From Eledone cirrhosa (taxonomy: Eukaryota): a stretch of DNA of 64,000 bases. The notes below the pieces were generated by a model. That model was not told where the DNA came from. It saw only the letters and a list, made by a program, of their open reading frames with translations, and searched no databases. Where the stretch lies: assembly GCA_964016885.1 (NCBI GenBank), contig OZ024752.1:27528001-27592000 (forward strand), in the 5' to 3' direction. This document shows, one piece after another, positions 12,442-28,261 of the stretch; position 1 is the first letter of the stretch; each line of letters begins with the position of its first letter. A program made the position numbers and the translations under genes.

Positions 12442-15400
12442 ACTTCTTTATCAACACACAAACTGTGCAACTAGTACCAACTTCGGTTATCAACACACAA
12501 ACTGAGGAACTAGTACCAACTACAGCTATCAACACACAATCTCTGGAACTAGTACCAGCTTCGTCTATCAACACACAAACCGTGGAACTAGTACACACTT
12601 CGTGTATCAACACACAAACTGTGGAACTAGTACCAACTTCGGCTATCAACACACAAACTGTGGAACTAGTACCAACTTCTTCTATCAACACACAAACTGT
12701 GCAACTAGTACCAACTTCGGCTATCAACACACAAACTGTGGACCTAGTACCAACTTCGTCTATCAACACACAAACTGTGGAACTAGTACCAACTTCGGCT
12801 ATCAACACACAATCTGTGGAACTAGTACAAACTTCGGCTATCAACACACAAACTGTGGAACTAGTACCAACTTCGGCTATCAACACACAAACTGTGGAAC
12901 TAGTACCAACTGCGGCTATCAACACACAATCTGTGGAACTAATACCAACTTCGGCTATCGACACACAAACTGTGGAACTAGTACCAACTTCGTCTATCAA
13001 CACACAAACTGTGGAACTAGTACCAACTGCGGCTATCAACACACAAACTGTGGAACTAGTACCAACTTCGGCTATCAACACACAAACTGTGGAACTAGTA
13101 CCAACTGCGGCTATCAACACACAAACTGTGGAACTAGTACCAACTTCGGCTATCAACACACAAACTGTGGAACTAGTACCAACTACGGCTATCAACACAC
13201 AATCTGTGGAACTAGTACCAACTTCGGCTATCAACACACAAACTGTGGAACTAGTACCAACTTCGGCTATCAACACACAAACTGTGGAACTAGTACCAAC
13301 TGCGGCTATCAACACACAAACTGTGGAACTAGTACCAACTGCGGCTATCAACACACAAACTGTGGAACTAGTACCAACTGCGGCTATCAACACACAAACT
13401 GTGGAACTAGTACCAACTTCGTCTATCAACACACAAACTGTGGAACTAGTACCAACTTCGGCTATCAACACACAAACTGTGGAACTAGTACCAACTTCGG
13501 CTATCAACACACAAACTGTGGAACTAGTACCAACTTAGGCTATCAACACACAAACTGTGGAACTAGTACCAACTACGGCTATCAACACACAAACTGTGGA
13601 ACTAGTTCCAACTTCGGCTATCAACACACAAACTGTGGAACTAGTACCAACTACGGCTATCAACACACAAACTGTGGAACTAGTACCAACTTCGGCTATC
13701 AACACACGAACTGTGGAACTAGTACCAACTACGGCTATCAACACACAAACTGTGGAACTAGTTCCAACTTCGGCTATCAACACACAAACTGTGGAACTAG
13801 TACCAACTTCGGCTATCAACACACAAACTGTGGAACTAGTACCAACTTCGGCTATCAACACACAATCTGTGGAACTAGTACCAACTTCGGCTATCAACAC
13901 ACAAACTGTGGAACTAGTACCAACTACGGCTTTCAACACACAAACTGTGGAACTAGTACCAACTTCGGCTATCAACACACAAACTGTGGAACTAGTACCA
14001 ACTACGGCTATCAACACACAAACTGTGGAACTAGTACCAACTTCGGCTATCAACACACAAACTGTGGAACTAGTACCAACTACGGCTATCAACACACAAA
14101 CTGTGGAACTAGTTCCAAGTTCGGCTATCAACACACAAACTGTGGAACTAGTAGCAACTTCGGCTATCAACACACAAATTGTGGAACTAGTACCAACTTC
14201 CGCTATCAACACACAAACTGTGGAACTAGTACCAACTTCGGCTATCAACACACAATCTGTGGAACTAGTACAAACTTCGGCTATCAACACACAAACTGTG
14301 GAACTAGTACCAACTTCGGCTATCAACACACAATCTGTGGAACTAGTACCAACTTCGGCTATCAACACACAAACTGTGGAACTATTTCCAACTTCGGCTA
14401 TCAACACACAAACTGTGGAACTAGTATAAACTTCGGCTATCAACACACAAACTGTGGAACTAGTACCAACTTCGGCTATCAACACACAAACTGTGGAACT
14501 AGTACCAACTTCTTCTATCAACACACAAACTGTGCAACTAGTACCAACTTCAGCTATCAACACACAAACTGTGGACCTAGTACCAACTTCGTCTATCAAC
14601 ACACAAACTGTGGAACTAGTACCAGCTTCGGCTATCAACAGACAAACTGTGGAACTAGTACCAAATTCGGCTATCAACACACAAACTGTGGAACTAGTAC
14701 CAACTTCTTTATCAACACACAAACTGTGCAACTAGTACCAACTTCGGTTATCAACACACAAACTGAGGAACTAGTACCAACTACAGCTATCAACACACAA
14801 TCTCTGGAACTAGTACCAGCTTCGTCTATCAACACACAAACCGTGGAACTAGTACACACTTCGTGTATCAACACACAAACTGTGGAACTAGTACCAACTT
14901 CGGCTATCAACACACAAACTGTGGAACTAGTACCAACTTCTTCTATCAACACACAAACTGTGCAACTAGTACCAACTTCGGCTATCAACACACAAACTGT
15001 GGACCTAGTACCAACTTCGTCTATCAACACACAAACTGTGGAACTAGTACCAACTTCGGCTATCAACACACAATCTGTGGAACTAGTACAAACTTCGGCT
15101 ATCAACACACAAACTGTGGAACTAGTACCAACTTCGGCTATCAACACACAAACTGTGGAACTAGTACCAACTGCGGCTATCAACACACAATCTGTGGAAC
15201 TAATACCAACTTCGGCTATCGACACACAAACTGTGGAACTAGTACCAACTTCGTCTATCAACACACAAACTGTGGAACTAGTACCAACTGCGGCTATCAA
15301 CACACAAACTGTGGAACTAGTACCAACTTCGGCTATCAACACACAAACTGTGGAACTAGTACCAACTGCGGCTATCAACACACAAACTGTGGAACTAGTA

Positions 15401-18400
15401 CCAACTTCGGCTATCAACACACAAACTGTGGAACTAGTACCAACTACGGCTATCAACACACAATCTGTGGAACTAGTACCAACTTCGGCTATCAACACAC
15501 AAACTGTGGAACTAGTACCAACTTCGGCTATCAACACACAAACTGTGGAACTAGTACCAACTGCGGCTATCAACACACAAACTGTGGAACTAGTACCAAC
15601 TGCGGCTATCAACACACAAACTGTGGAACTAGTACCAACTGCGGCTATCAACACACAAACTGTGGAACTAGTACCAACTTCGTCTATCAACACACAAACT
15701 GTGGAACTAGTACCAACTTCGGCTATCAACACACAAACTGTGGAACTAGTACCAACTTCGGCTATCAACACACAAACTGTGGAACTAGTACCAACTTAGG
15801 CTATCAACACACAAACTGTGGAACTAGTACCAACTACGGCTATCAACACACAAACTGTGGAACTAGTTCCAACTTCGGCTATCAACACACAAACTGTGGA
15901 ACTAGTACCAACTACGGCTATCAACACACAAACTGTGGAACTAGTACCAACTTCGGCTATCAACACACGAACTGTGGAACTAGTACCAACTACGGCTATC
16001 AACACACAAACTGTGGAACTAGTTCCAACTTCGGCTATCAACACACAAACTGTGGAACTAGTACCAACTTCGGCTATCAACACACAAACTGTGGAACTAG
16101 TACCAACTTCGGCTATCAACACACAATCTGTGGAACTAGTACCAACTTCGGCTATCAACACACAAACTGTGGAACTAGTACCAACTACGGCTTTCAACAC
16201 ACAAACTGTGGAACTAGTACCAACTTCGGCTATCAACACACAAACTGTGGAACTAGTACCAACTACGGCTATCAACACACAAACTGTGGAACTAGTACCA
16301 ACTTCGGCTATCAACACACAAACTGTGGAACTAGTACCAACTACGGCTATCAACACACAAACTGTGGAACTAGTTCCAAGTTCGGCTATCAACACACAAA
16401 CTGTGGAACTAGTAGCAACTTCGGCTATCAACACACAAATTGTGGAACTAGTACCAACTTCCGCTATCAACACACAAACTGTGGAACTAGTACCAACTTC
16501 GGCTATCAACACACAATCTGTGGAACTAGTACAAACTTCGGCTATCAACACACAAACTGTGGAACTAGTACCAACTTCGGCTATCAACACACAATCTGTG
16601 GAACTAGTACCAACTTCGGCTATCAACACACAAACTGTGGAACTATTTCCAACTTCGGCTATCAACACACAAACTGTGGAACTAGTATAAACTTCGGCTA
16701 TCAACACACAAACTGTGGAACTAGTACCAACTTCGGCTATCAACACACAAACTGTGGAACTAGTACCAACTTCTTCTATCAACACACAAACTGTGCAACT
16801 AGTACCAACTTCAGCTATCAACACACAAACTGTGGACCTAGTACCAACTTCGTCTATCAACACACAAACTGTGGAACTAGTACCAGCTTCGGCTATCAAC
16901 AGACAAACTGTGGAACTAGTACCAAATTCGGCTATCAACACACAAACTGTGGAACTAGTACCAACTTCTTTATCAACACACAAACTGTGCAACTAGTACC
17001 AACTTCGGTTATCAACACACAAACTGAGGAACTAGTACCAACTACAGCTATGAACACACAATCTCTGGAACTAGTACCAGCTTCGCCTATCAACACACAA
17101 ACCGTGGAACTAGTACACACTTCGTTTATCAACACACAAACTGTGGAACTAGTACCAACTTCGGCTATCAACACACAAACTGTGGAACTAGTACCAACTT
17201 CTTCTATCAACACACAAACTGTGCAACTAGTACCAACTTCGGCTATCAACACACAAACTGTGGACCTAGTACCAACTTCGTCTATCAACACACAAACTGT
17301 GGAACTAGTACCAACTTCGGCTATCAACACACAATCTGTGGAACTAGTACAAACTTCGGCTATCAACACACAAACTGTGGAACTAGTACCAACTTCTTTA
17401 TCAACACACAAACTGTGGAACTAGTACCAACTGCGGCTATCAACACACAATCTGTGGAACTAATACCAACTTCGGCTATCGACACACAAACTGTGGAACT
17501 AGTACCAACTTCGTCTATCAACACACAAACTGTGGAACTAGTACCAACTGCGGCTATCAACACACAAACTGTGGAACTAGTACCAACTTCGGCTATCAAC
17601 ACACAAACTGTGGAACTAGTACCAACTGCGGCTATCAACACACAAACTGTGGAACTAGTACCAACTTCGGCTATCAACACACAAACTGTGGAACTAGTAC
17701 CAACTACGGCTATCAACACACAATCTGTGGAACTAGTACCAACTTCGGCTATCAACACACAAACTGTGGAACTAGTACCAACTTCGGCTATCAACACACA
17801 AACTGTGGAACTAGTACCAACTGCGGCTATCAACACACAAACTGTGGAACTAGTACCAACTGCGGCTATCAACACACAAACTGTGGAACTAGTACCAACT
17901 GCGGCTATCAACACACAAACTGTGGAACTAGTACCAACTTCGTCTATCAACACACAAACTGTGGAACTAGTACCAACTTCGGCTATCAACACACAAACTG
18001 TGGAACTAGTACCAACTTCGGCTATCAACACACAAACTGTGGAACTAGTACCAACTTAGGCTATCAACACACAAACTGTGGAACTAGTACCAACTACGGC
18101 TATCAACACACAAACTGTGGAACTAGTTCCAACTTCGGCTATCAACACACAAACTGTGGAACTAGTACCAACTACGGCTATCAACACACAAACTGTGGAA
18201 CTAGTACCAACTTCGGCTATCAACACACGAACTGTGGAACTAGTACCAACTACGGCTATCAACACACAAACTGTGGAACTAGTTCCAACTTCGGCTATCA
18301 ACACACAAACTGTGGAACTAGTACCAACTTCGGCTATCAACACACAAACTGTGGAACTAGTACCAACTTCGGCTATCAACACACAATCTGTGGAACTAGT

Positions 18401-19223
18401 ACCAACTTCGGCTATCAACACACAAACTGTGGAACTAGTACCAACTACGGCTTTCAACACACAAACTGTGGAACTAGTACCAACTTCGGCTATCAACACA
18501 CAAACTGTGGAACTAGTACCAACTACGGCTATCAACACACAAACTGTGGAACTAGTACCAACTTCGGCTATCAACACACAAACTGTGGAACTAGTACCAA
18601 CTACGGCTATCAACACACAAACTGTGGAACTAGTTCCAAGTTCGGCTATCAACACACAAACTGTGGAACTAGTAGCAACTTCGGCTATCAACACACAAAT
18701 TGTGGAACTAGTACCAACTTCCGCTATCAACACACAAACTGTGGAACTAGTACCAACTTCGGCTATCAACACACAATCTGTGGAACTAGTACAAACTTCG
18801 GCTATCAACACACAAACTGTGGAACTAGTACCAACTTCGGCTATCAACACACAATCTATGGAACTAGTACCAACTTCGGCTATCAACACACAAACTGTGG
18901 AACTATTTCCAACTTCGGCTATCAACACACAAACTGTGGAACTAGTATAAACTTCGGCTATCAACACACAAACTGTGGAACTAGTACCAACTTCGGCTAT
19001 CAACACACAAACTGTGGAACTAGTACCAACTTCTTCTATCAACACACAAACTGTGCAACTAGTACCAACTTCAGCTATCAACACACAAACTGTGGACCTA
19101 GTACCAACTTCGTCTATCAACACACAAACTGTGGAACTAGTACCAGCTTCGGCTATCAACAGACAAACTGTGGAACTAGTACCAAATTCGGCTATCAACA
19201 CACAAACTGTGGAACTAGTACCA
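12442..19223. repeat. Three tandem copies of a 58-monomer HOR (2261, 2261, 2260 bp)
   Basis: Landmarks at 12474/14735/16996/19256, with 2261 = 58x39-1. TAG monomers end at 13538/15799/18059 and GTATAA monomers at 14429/16690/18950, all with the same period. Confidence 0.95.
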
Positions 19224-21751
19224 ACTTCTTTATCAACACACAAACTGTGCAACTAGTACCAACTTCGGTTATCAACACACAAACTGAGGAACTAGTACCA
19301 ACTACAGCTATGAACACACAATCTCTGGAACTAGTACCAGCTTCGTCTATCAACACACAAACCGTGGAACTAGTACACACTTCGTGTATCAACACACAAA
19401 CTGTGGAACTAGTACCAACTTCGGCTATCAACACACAAACTGTGGAACTAGTACCAACTTCTTCTATCAACACACAAACTGTGCAACTAGTACCAACTTC
19501 GGCTATCAACACACAAACTGTGGACCTAGTACCAACTTCGTCTATCAACACACAAACTGTGGAACTAGTACCAACTTCGGCTATCAACACACAATCTGTG
19601 GAACTAGTACAAACTTCGGCTATCAACACACAAACTGTGGAACTAGTACCAACTTCGGCTATCAACACACAAACTGTGGAACTAGTACCAACTGCGGCTA
19701 TCAACACACAATCTGTGGAACTAATACCAACTTCGGCTATCGACACACAAACTGTGGAACTAGTACCAACTTCGTCTATCAACACACAAACTGTGGAACT
19801 AGTACCAACTGCGGCTATCAACACACAAACTGTGGAACTAGTACCAACTTCGGCTATCAACACACAAACTGTGGAACTAGTACCAACTGCGGCTATCAAC
19901 ACACAAACTGTGGAACTAGTACCAACTTCGGCTATCAACACACAAACTGTGGAACTAGTACCAACTACGGCTATCAACACACAATCTGTGGAACTAGTAC
20001 CAACTTCGGCTATCAACACACAAACTGTGGAACTAGTACCAACTTCGGCTATCAACACACAAACTGTGGAACTAGTACCAACTGCGGCTATCAACACACA
20101 AACTGTGGAACTAGTACCAACTGCGGCTATCAACACACAAACTGTGGAACTAGTACCAACTGCGGCTATCAACACACAAACTGTGGAACTAGTACCAACT
20201 TCGTCTATCAACACACAAACTGTGGAACTAGTACCAACTACGGCTATCAACACACAATCTGTGGAACTAGTACCAACTTCGGCTATCAACACACAAACTG
20301 TGGAACTAGTACCAACTTCGGCTATCAACACACAAACTGTGGAACTAGTACCAACTTAGGCTATCAACACACAAACTGTGGAACTAGTACCAACTACGGC
20401 TATCAACACACAAACTGTGGAACTAGTTCCAACTTCGGCTATCAACACACAAACTGTGGAACTAGTACCAACTACGGCTATCAACACACAAACTGTGGAA
20501 CTAGTACCAACTTCGGCTATCAACACACGAACTGTGGAACTAGTACCAACTACGGCTATCAACACACAAACTGTGGAACTAGTTCCAACTTCGGCTATCA
20601 ACACACAAACTGTGGAACTAGTACCAACTTCGGCTATCAACACACAAACTGTGGAACTAGTACCAACTTCGGCTATCAACACACAATCTGTGGAACTAGT
20701 ACCAACTTCGGCTATCAACACACAAACTGTGGAACTAGTACCAACTACGGCTTTCAACACACAAACTGTGGAACTAGTACCAACTTCGGCTATCAACACA
20801 CAAACTGTGGAACTAGTACCAACTACGGCTATCAACACACAAACTGTGGAACTAGTACCAACTTCGGCTATCAACACACAATCTGTGGAACTAGTACCAA
20901 CTTCGTCTATCAACACACAAACTGTTGAACTAGTACCAACTTCGTCTATCAACACACAAACTGTTGAACTAGTTCCAACTTCGGCTATCAACACACAATC
21001 TGTGGAACTAGTACCAAATTCGTCTATGAACACACAATCTGTGGAACTAGTACCAGCTTCGTCTATCAACACACAAACTGTGCAACTAGAACCAACTTCT
21101 ATCAACACACAAACTGTGGAACTAGTATCAACTTCGGCTATCAACACACAAACTGTGGAACTAGTACCAACTTCGACTATCAACACACAAACTGTGGAAC
21201 TAGTTCCAACTTCGGCTATCAACACACAAACTGTGGAACTAGTACCAACTTCGGCTATCAACACACAAACTGTAGAACTAGTTCCAACTTCGGCTATCAA
21301 CACACAAACTGTGGAACTAGTTCCAACTTCTTCTATCAACACACAAACTGTGCAACTAGTACCAACTTCTATCAACACACAAACTGTGCAACTAGTATCA
21401 ACTTCGGCTATCAACACACAAACTGTGGAACTAGTACCAACTTCTTCTATCAACACACAAACTGTGCAACTAGTACCAACTTCGGCTATCAACACACAAA
21501 CTGTGGACCTAGTACCAACTTCGTCTATCAACACACAAACTGTGGAGCTAGTACCAGCTTCGGCTATCAACACACAAACTGTGGAACTAGTACCAACTTC
21601 TTCTATCAACACACAAACTGTGCAACTAGTACCAACTTCAGCTATCAACACACAAACTGTGGACCTAGTACCAACTTCGTCTATCAACACACAATCTGTG
21701 GAACTAGTACCAAATTCGGCTATCAACACACAAACTGTGGAACTAGTACCA

Positions 21752-23739
21752 ACTTCTTTATCAACACACAAACTGTGCAACTAGTACCAACTTCGGTTAT
21801 CAACACACAAACTGAGGAACTAGTACCAACTACAGCTATCAACACACAATCTCTGGAACTAGTACCAGCTTCGTCTATCAACACACAAACTGTGGAACTA
21901 GTACCAACTTCGGCTATCAGCACACAGACTGTGGAACTAGTACCAACTTCGGCTATCAACACACAAAACTGTGGAACTAGTACCAACTTCGGCTATCAAC
22001 ACACGAACTGTGGACCTAGTGCCAACTTCGTCTATCAACACACAAACTGTGGAACTAGTACAAACTTCGGCTGTCAACACACAAATTGTAGAACTAGTAC
22101 CAACTTCGTGTATCAACACAGAAACTGTGGAACTAGTACCAACTTCGTCTATCAACACACAAACTGTGGAACTAGTACCAACTTCGTCTATCAACACAAA
22201 AACTGTGGAACTAGTACCAACTTCTTCTATCAACACACAAATTGTGGAACTAGTACCAACTTCGTGTATCAACACAGAAACTGTGGAACTAGTACCGACT
22301 TCGGCTATCAACACACAAACTGTGGAACTAGTACCGACTTCGACTATCAACACACAAACTGTGGAACTAGTACCAACTTCTTCTATCAACACACACACTG
22401 TGGAACTAGTACCAACTTCGACTATCAACACACAAACTGAGGAACTAGTACCAACTTCGGCTATCAACACACAATCTCTGGAACTAGTACCAGCTTCGTC
22501 TATCAACACACAAACCGTGGAACTAGTACACACTTCGTGTATCAACACACAAACTGTGAAACTAGTACCAACTTCGGCTATCAACACACAAACTGTGGAA
22601 CTAGTACCAACTACGGCTATCAACACACAAACTGTGGAACTAGTACCAACTTCGGCTATCAACACACGAACTGTGGACCTAGTGCCAACTTCGTCTATCA
22701 ACACACAAACTGTGGAACTAGTACCAAATTCGGCTATCAACACACAAACTGTGGAACTAGTACAAACTTCGGCTGTCAACACACAAATTGTAGAACTAGT
22801 ACCAACTTCGTGTATCAACACAGAAACTGTGGAACTAGTACCTACTTCGTCTATCAACACACAAACTGTGGAACTAGTACCAACTTCGTCTATCAACACA
22901 CAAACTGTGGAACTAGTACCAACTTCGGCTATCAACACACAAACTGTGGAACTAGTACAGACTTCGTCTATCAACACACAAACTGTGGAACTAGTACCGA
23001 CTTCGGCTATCAACACACAATCTGTGGAACTAGTACCAACTTCGTCTATCAACACACAAACTGTGCAACTAGTACCAACTTCTTCTATCAACACACAAAC
23101 TGTGCAACTAGTTCCAACTTCGGCTATCAACACACAAACTGTGGAACTAGTACCAACTTCTTCTATCAACACACAAACTGTGCAACTAGTACCAACTTCG
23201 GCTATAAACACACAAACTGTGGACCTAGTACCAACTTCGTCTATCAACACACAAACTGTGGAACTAGTACCAGCTTCGGCTATCAACAGACAAATTGTAG
23301 AACTAGTACCAACTTCGTCTATCAACACACAAACTGTGGAACTAGTACCAACTACGGCTATCAACACACAATCTGTGGAACTAGTATCAACTTCGGCTAT
23401 CAACACACAATCTGTGGAACTAGTAGCAACTTCGGCTATCAACACACAAACTGTGGAACTAGTACAAACTTCGGCTATCACACACAAACTGTGGAACTAG
23501 TACCAGCTTCGGCTATCAACACACAAACTGTGGAACTAGTACCAACTTCTTCTATCAACACACAAACTGTGCAACTAGTACCAACTTCAGCTATCAACAC
23601 ACAAACTGTGGACCTAGTACCAACTTCGTCTATCAACACACAAACTGTGGAACTAGTACCAGCTTCGGCTATCAACAGACAAACTGTGGAACTAGTACCA
23701 AATTCGGCTATCAACACACAAACTGTGGAACTAGTACCA
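21752..23739. repeat. 51-monomer HOR (1988 bp), copy 2
   Basis: ORFs 10476..11141 and 21775..22440 are both 221 aa and differ at about one residue; offset 11299. Confidence 0.9.
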
Positions 23740-26700
23740 ACTTCTTTATCAACACACAAACTGTGCAACTAGTACCAACTTCGGTTATCAACACACAAAC
23801 TGAGGAACTAGTACCAACTACAGCTATCAACACACGATCTCTGGAACTAGTACCAGCTTCGTCTATCAACACACAAACCGTGGAACTAGTACACACTTCG
23901 TGTATCAACACACAAACTGTGGAACTAGTACCAACTTCGGCTATCAACACACAAACTGTGGAACTAGTACCAACTTCTTCTATCAACACACAAACTGTGC
24001 AACTAGTACCAACTTCGGCTATCAACACACAAACTGTGGACCTAGTACCAACTTCGTCTATCAACACACAAACTGTGGAACTAGTACCAACTTCGGCTAT
24101 CAACACACAATCTGTGGAACTAGTACAAACTTCGGCTATCAACACACAAACTGTGGAACTAGTACCAACTTCGGCTATCAACACACAAACTGTGGAACTA
24201 GTACCAACTGCGGCTATCAACACACAATCTGTGGAACTAATACCAACTTCGGCTATCGACACACAAACTGTGGAACTAGTACCAACTTCGTCTATCAACA
24301 CACAAACTGTGGAACTAGTACCAACTGCGGCTATCAACACACAAACTGTGGAACTAGTACCAACTTCGGCTATCAACACACAAACTGTGGAACTAGTACC
24401 AACTGCGGCTATCAACACACAAACTGTGGAACTAGTACCAACTTCGGCTATCAACACACAAACTGTGGAACTAGTACCAACTACGGCTATCAACACACAA
24501 TCTGTGGAACTAGTACCAACTTCGGCTATCAACACACAAACTGTGGAACTAGTACCAACTTCGGCTATCAACACACAAACTGTGGAACTAGTACCAACTG
24601 CGGCTATCAACACACAAACTGTGGAACTAGTACCAACTGCGGCTATCAACACACAAACTGTGGAACTAGTACCAACTGCGGCTATCAACACACAAACTGT
24701 GGAACTAGTACCAACTTCGTCTATCAACACACAAACTGTGGAACTAGTACCAACTTCGGCTATCAACACACAAACTGTGGAACTAGTACCAACTTCGGCT
24801 ATCAACACACAAACTGTGGAACTAGTACCAACTTAGGCTATCAACACACAAACTGTGGAACTAGTACCAACTACGGCTATCAACACACAAACTGTGGAAC
24901 TAGTTCCAACTTCGGCTATCAACACACAAACTGTGGAACTAGTACCAACTACGGCTATCAACACACAAACTGTGGAACTAGTACCAACTTCGGCTATCAA
25001 CACACGAACTGTGGAACTAGTACCAACTACGGCTATCAACACACAAACTGTGGAACTAGTTCCAACTTCGGCTATCAACACACAAACTGTGGAACTAGTA
25101 CCAACTTCGGCTATCAACACACAAACTGTGGAACTAGTACCAACTTCGGCTATCAACACACAATCTGTGGAACTAGTACCAACTTCGGCTATCAACACAC
25201 AAACTGTGGAACTAGTACCAACTACGGCTTTCAACACACAAACTGTGGAACTAGTACCAACTTCGGCTATCAACACACAAACTGTGGAACTAGTACCAAC
25301 TACGGCTATCAACACACAAACTGTGGAACTAGTACCAACTTCGGCTATCAACACACAAACTGTGGAACTAGTACCAACTACGGCTATCAACACACAAACT
25401 GTGGAACTAGTTCCAAGTTCGGCTATCAACACACAAACTGTGGAACTAGTAGCAACTTCGGCTATCAACACACAAATTGTGGAACTAGTACCAACTTCCG
25501 CTATCAACACACAAACTGTGGAACTAGTACCAACTTCGGCTATCAACACACAATCTGTGGAACTAGTACAAACTTCGGCTATCAACACACAAACTGTGGA
25601 ACTAGTACCAACTTCGGCTATCAACACACAATCTGTGGAACTAGTACCAACTTCGGCTATCAACACACAAACTGTGGAACTATTTCCAACTTCGGCTATC
25701 AACACACAAACTGTGGAACTAGTATAAACTTCGGCTATCAACACACAAACTGTGGAACTAGTACCAACTTCGGCTATCAACACACAAACTGTGGAACTAG
25801 TACCAACTTCTTCTATCAACACACAAACTGTGCAACTAGTACCAACTTCAGCCATCAACACACAAACTGTGGACCTAGTACCAACTTCGTCTATCAACAC
25901 ACAAACTGTGGAACTAGTACCAGCTTCGGCTATCAACAGACAAACTGTGGAACTAGTACCAAATTCGGCTATCAACACACAAACTGTGGAACTAGTACCA
26001 ACTTCTTTATCAACACACAAACTGTGCAACTAGTACCAACTTCGGTTATCAACACACAAACTGAGGAACTAGTACCAACTACAGCTATGAACACACAATC
26101 TCTGGAACTAGTACCAGCTTCGTCTATCAACACACAAACCGTGGAACTAGTACACACTTCGTGTATCAACACACAAACTGTGGAACTAGTACCAACTTCG
26201 GCTATCAACACACAAACTGTGGAACTAGTACCAACTTCTTCTATCAACACACAAACTGTGCAACTAGTACCAACTTCGGCTATCAACACACAAACTGTGG
26301 ACCTAGTACCAACTTCGTCTATCAACACACAAACTGTGGAACTAGTACCAACTTCGGCTATCAACACACAATCTGTGGAACTAGTACAAACTTCGGCTAT
26401 CAACACACAAACTGTGGAACTAGTACCAACTTCGGCTATCAACACACAAACTGTGGAACTAGTACCAACTGCGGCTATCAACACACAATCTGTGGAACTA
26501 ATACCAACTTCGGCTATCGACACACAAACTGTGGAACTAGTACCAACTTCGTCTATCAACACACAAACTGTGGAACTAGTACCAACTGCGGCTATCAACA
26601 CACAAACTGTGGAACTAGTACCAACTTCGGCTATCAACACACAAACTGTGGAACTAGTACCAACTGCGGCTATCAACACACAAACTGTGGAACTAGTACC

Positions 26701-28261
26701 AACTTCGGCTATCAACACACAAACTGTGGAACTAGTACCAACTACGGCTATCAACACACAATCTGTGGAACTAGTACCAACTTCGGCTATCAACACACAA
26801 ACTGTGGAACTAGTACCAACTTCGGCTATCAACACACAAACTGTGGAACTAGTACCAACTGCGGCTATCAACACACAAACTGTGGAACTAGTACCAACTG
26901 CGGCTATCAACACACAAACTGTGGAACTAGTACCAACTGCGGCTATCAACACACAAACTGTGGAACTAGTACCAACTTCGTCTATCAACACACAAACTGT
27001 GGAACTAGTACCAACTTCGGCTATCAACACACAAACTGTGGAACTAGTACCAACTTCGGCTATCAACACACAAACTGTGGAACTAGTACCAACTTAGGCT
27101 ATCAACACACAAACTGTGGAACTAGTACCAACTACGGCTATCAACACACAAACTGTGGAACTAGTTCCAACTTCGGCTATCAACACACAAACTGTGGAAC
27201 TAGTACCAACTACGGCTATCAACACACAAACTGTGGAACTAGTACCAACTTCGGCTATCAACACACGAACTGTGGAACTAGTACCAACTACGGCTATCAA
27301 CACACAAACTGTGGAACTAGTTCCAACTTCGGCTATCAACACACAAACTGTGGAACTAGTACCAACTTCGGCTATCAACACACAAACTGTGGAACTAGTA
27401 CCAACTTCGGCTATCAACACACAATCTGTGGAACTAGTACCAACTTCGGCTATCAACACACAAACTGTGGAACTAGTACCAACTACGGCTTTCAACACAC
27501 AAACTGTGGAACTAGTACCAACTTCGGCTATCAACACACAAACTGTGGAACTAGTACCAACTACGGCTATCAACACACAAACTGTGGAACTAGTACCAAC
27601 TTCGGCTATCAACACACAAACTGTGGAACTAGTACCAACTACGGCTATCAACACACAAACTGTGGAACTAGTTCCAAGTTCGGCTATCAACACACAAACT
27701 GTGGAACTAGTAGCAACTTCGGCTATCAACACACAAATTGTGGAACTAGTACCAACTTCCGCTATCAACACACAAACTGTGGAACTAGTACCAACTTCGG
27801 CTATCAACACACAATCTGTGGAACTAGTACAAACTTCGGCTATCAACACACAAACTGTGGAACTAGTACCAACTTCGGCTATCAACACACAATCTATGGA
27901 ACTAGTACCAACTTCGGCTATCAACACACAAACTGTGGAACTATTTCCAACTTCGGCTATCAACACACAAACTGTGGAACTAGTATAAACTTCGGCTATC
28001 AACACACAAACTGTGGAACTAGTACCAACTTCGGCTATCAACACACAAACTGTGGAACTAGTACCAACTTCTTCTATCAACACACAAACTGTGCAACTAG
28101 TACCAACTTCAGCTATCAACACACAAACTGTGGACCTAGTACCAACTTCGTCTATCAACACACAAACTGTGGAACTAGTACCAGCTTCGGCTATCAACAG
28201 ACAAACTGTGGAACTAGTACCAAATTCGGCTATCAACACACAAACTGTGGAACTAGTACCA
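23740..28261. repeat. Two tandem copies of the 58-monomer HOR (2261 bp each)
   Basis: Landmarks at 23772/26033/28294; TAG monomers at 24836/27097; TAA monomers at 25727/27988. Confidence 0.95.

Noticed and set aside
14420-14435. TATAAA (TATA-box-like) in the GTATAAACT variant
   Set aside because: It arises from a CC>TA change in the monomer, with no downstream gene or other promoter evidence.
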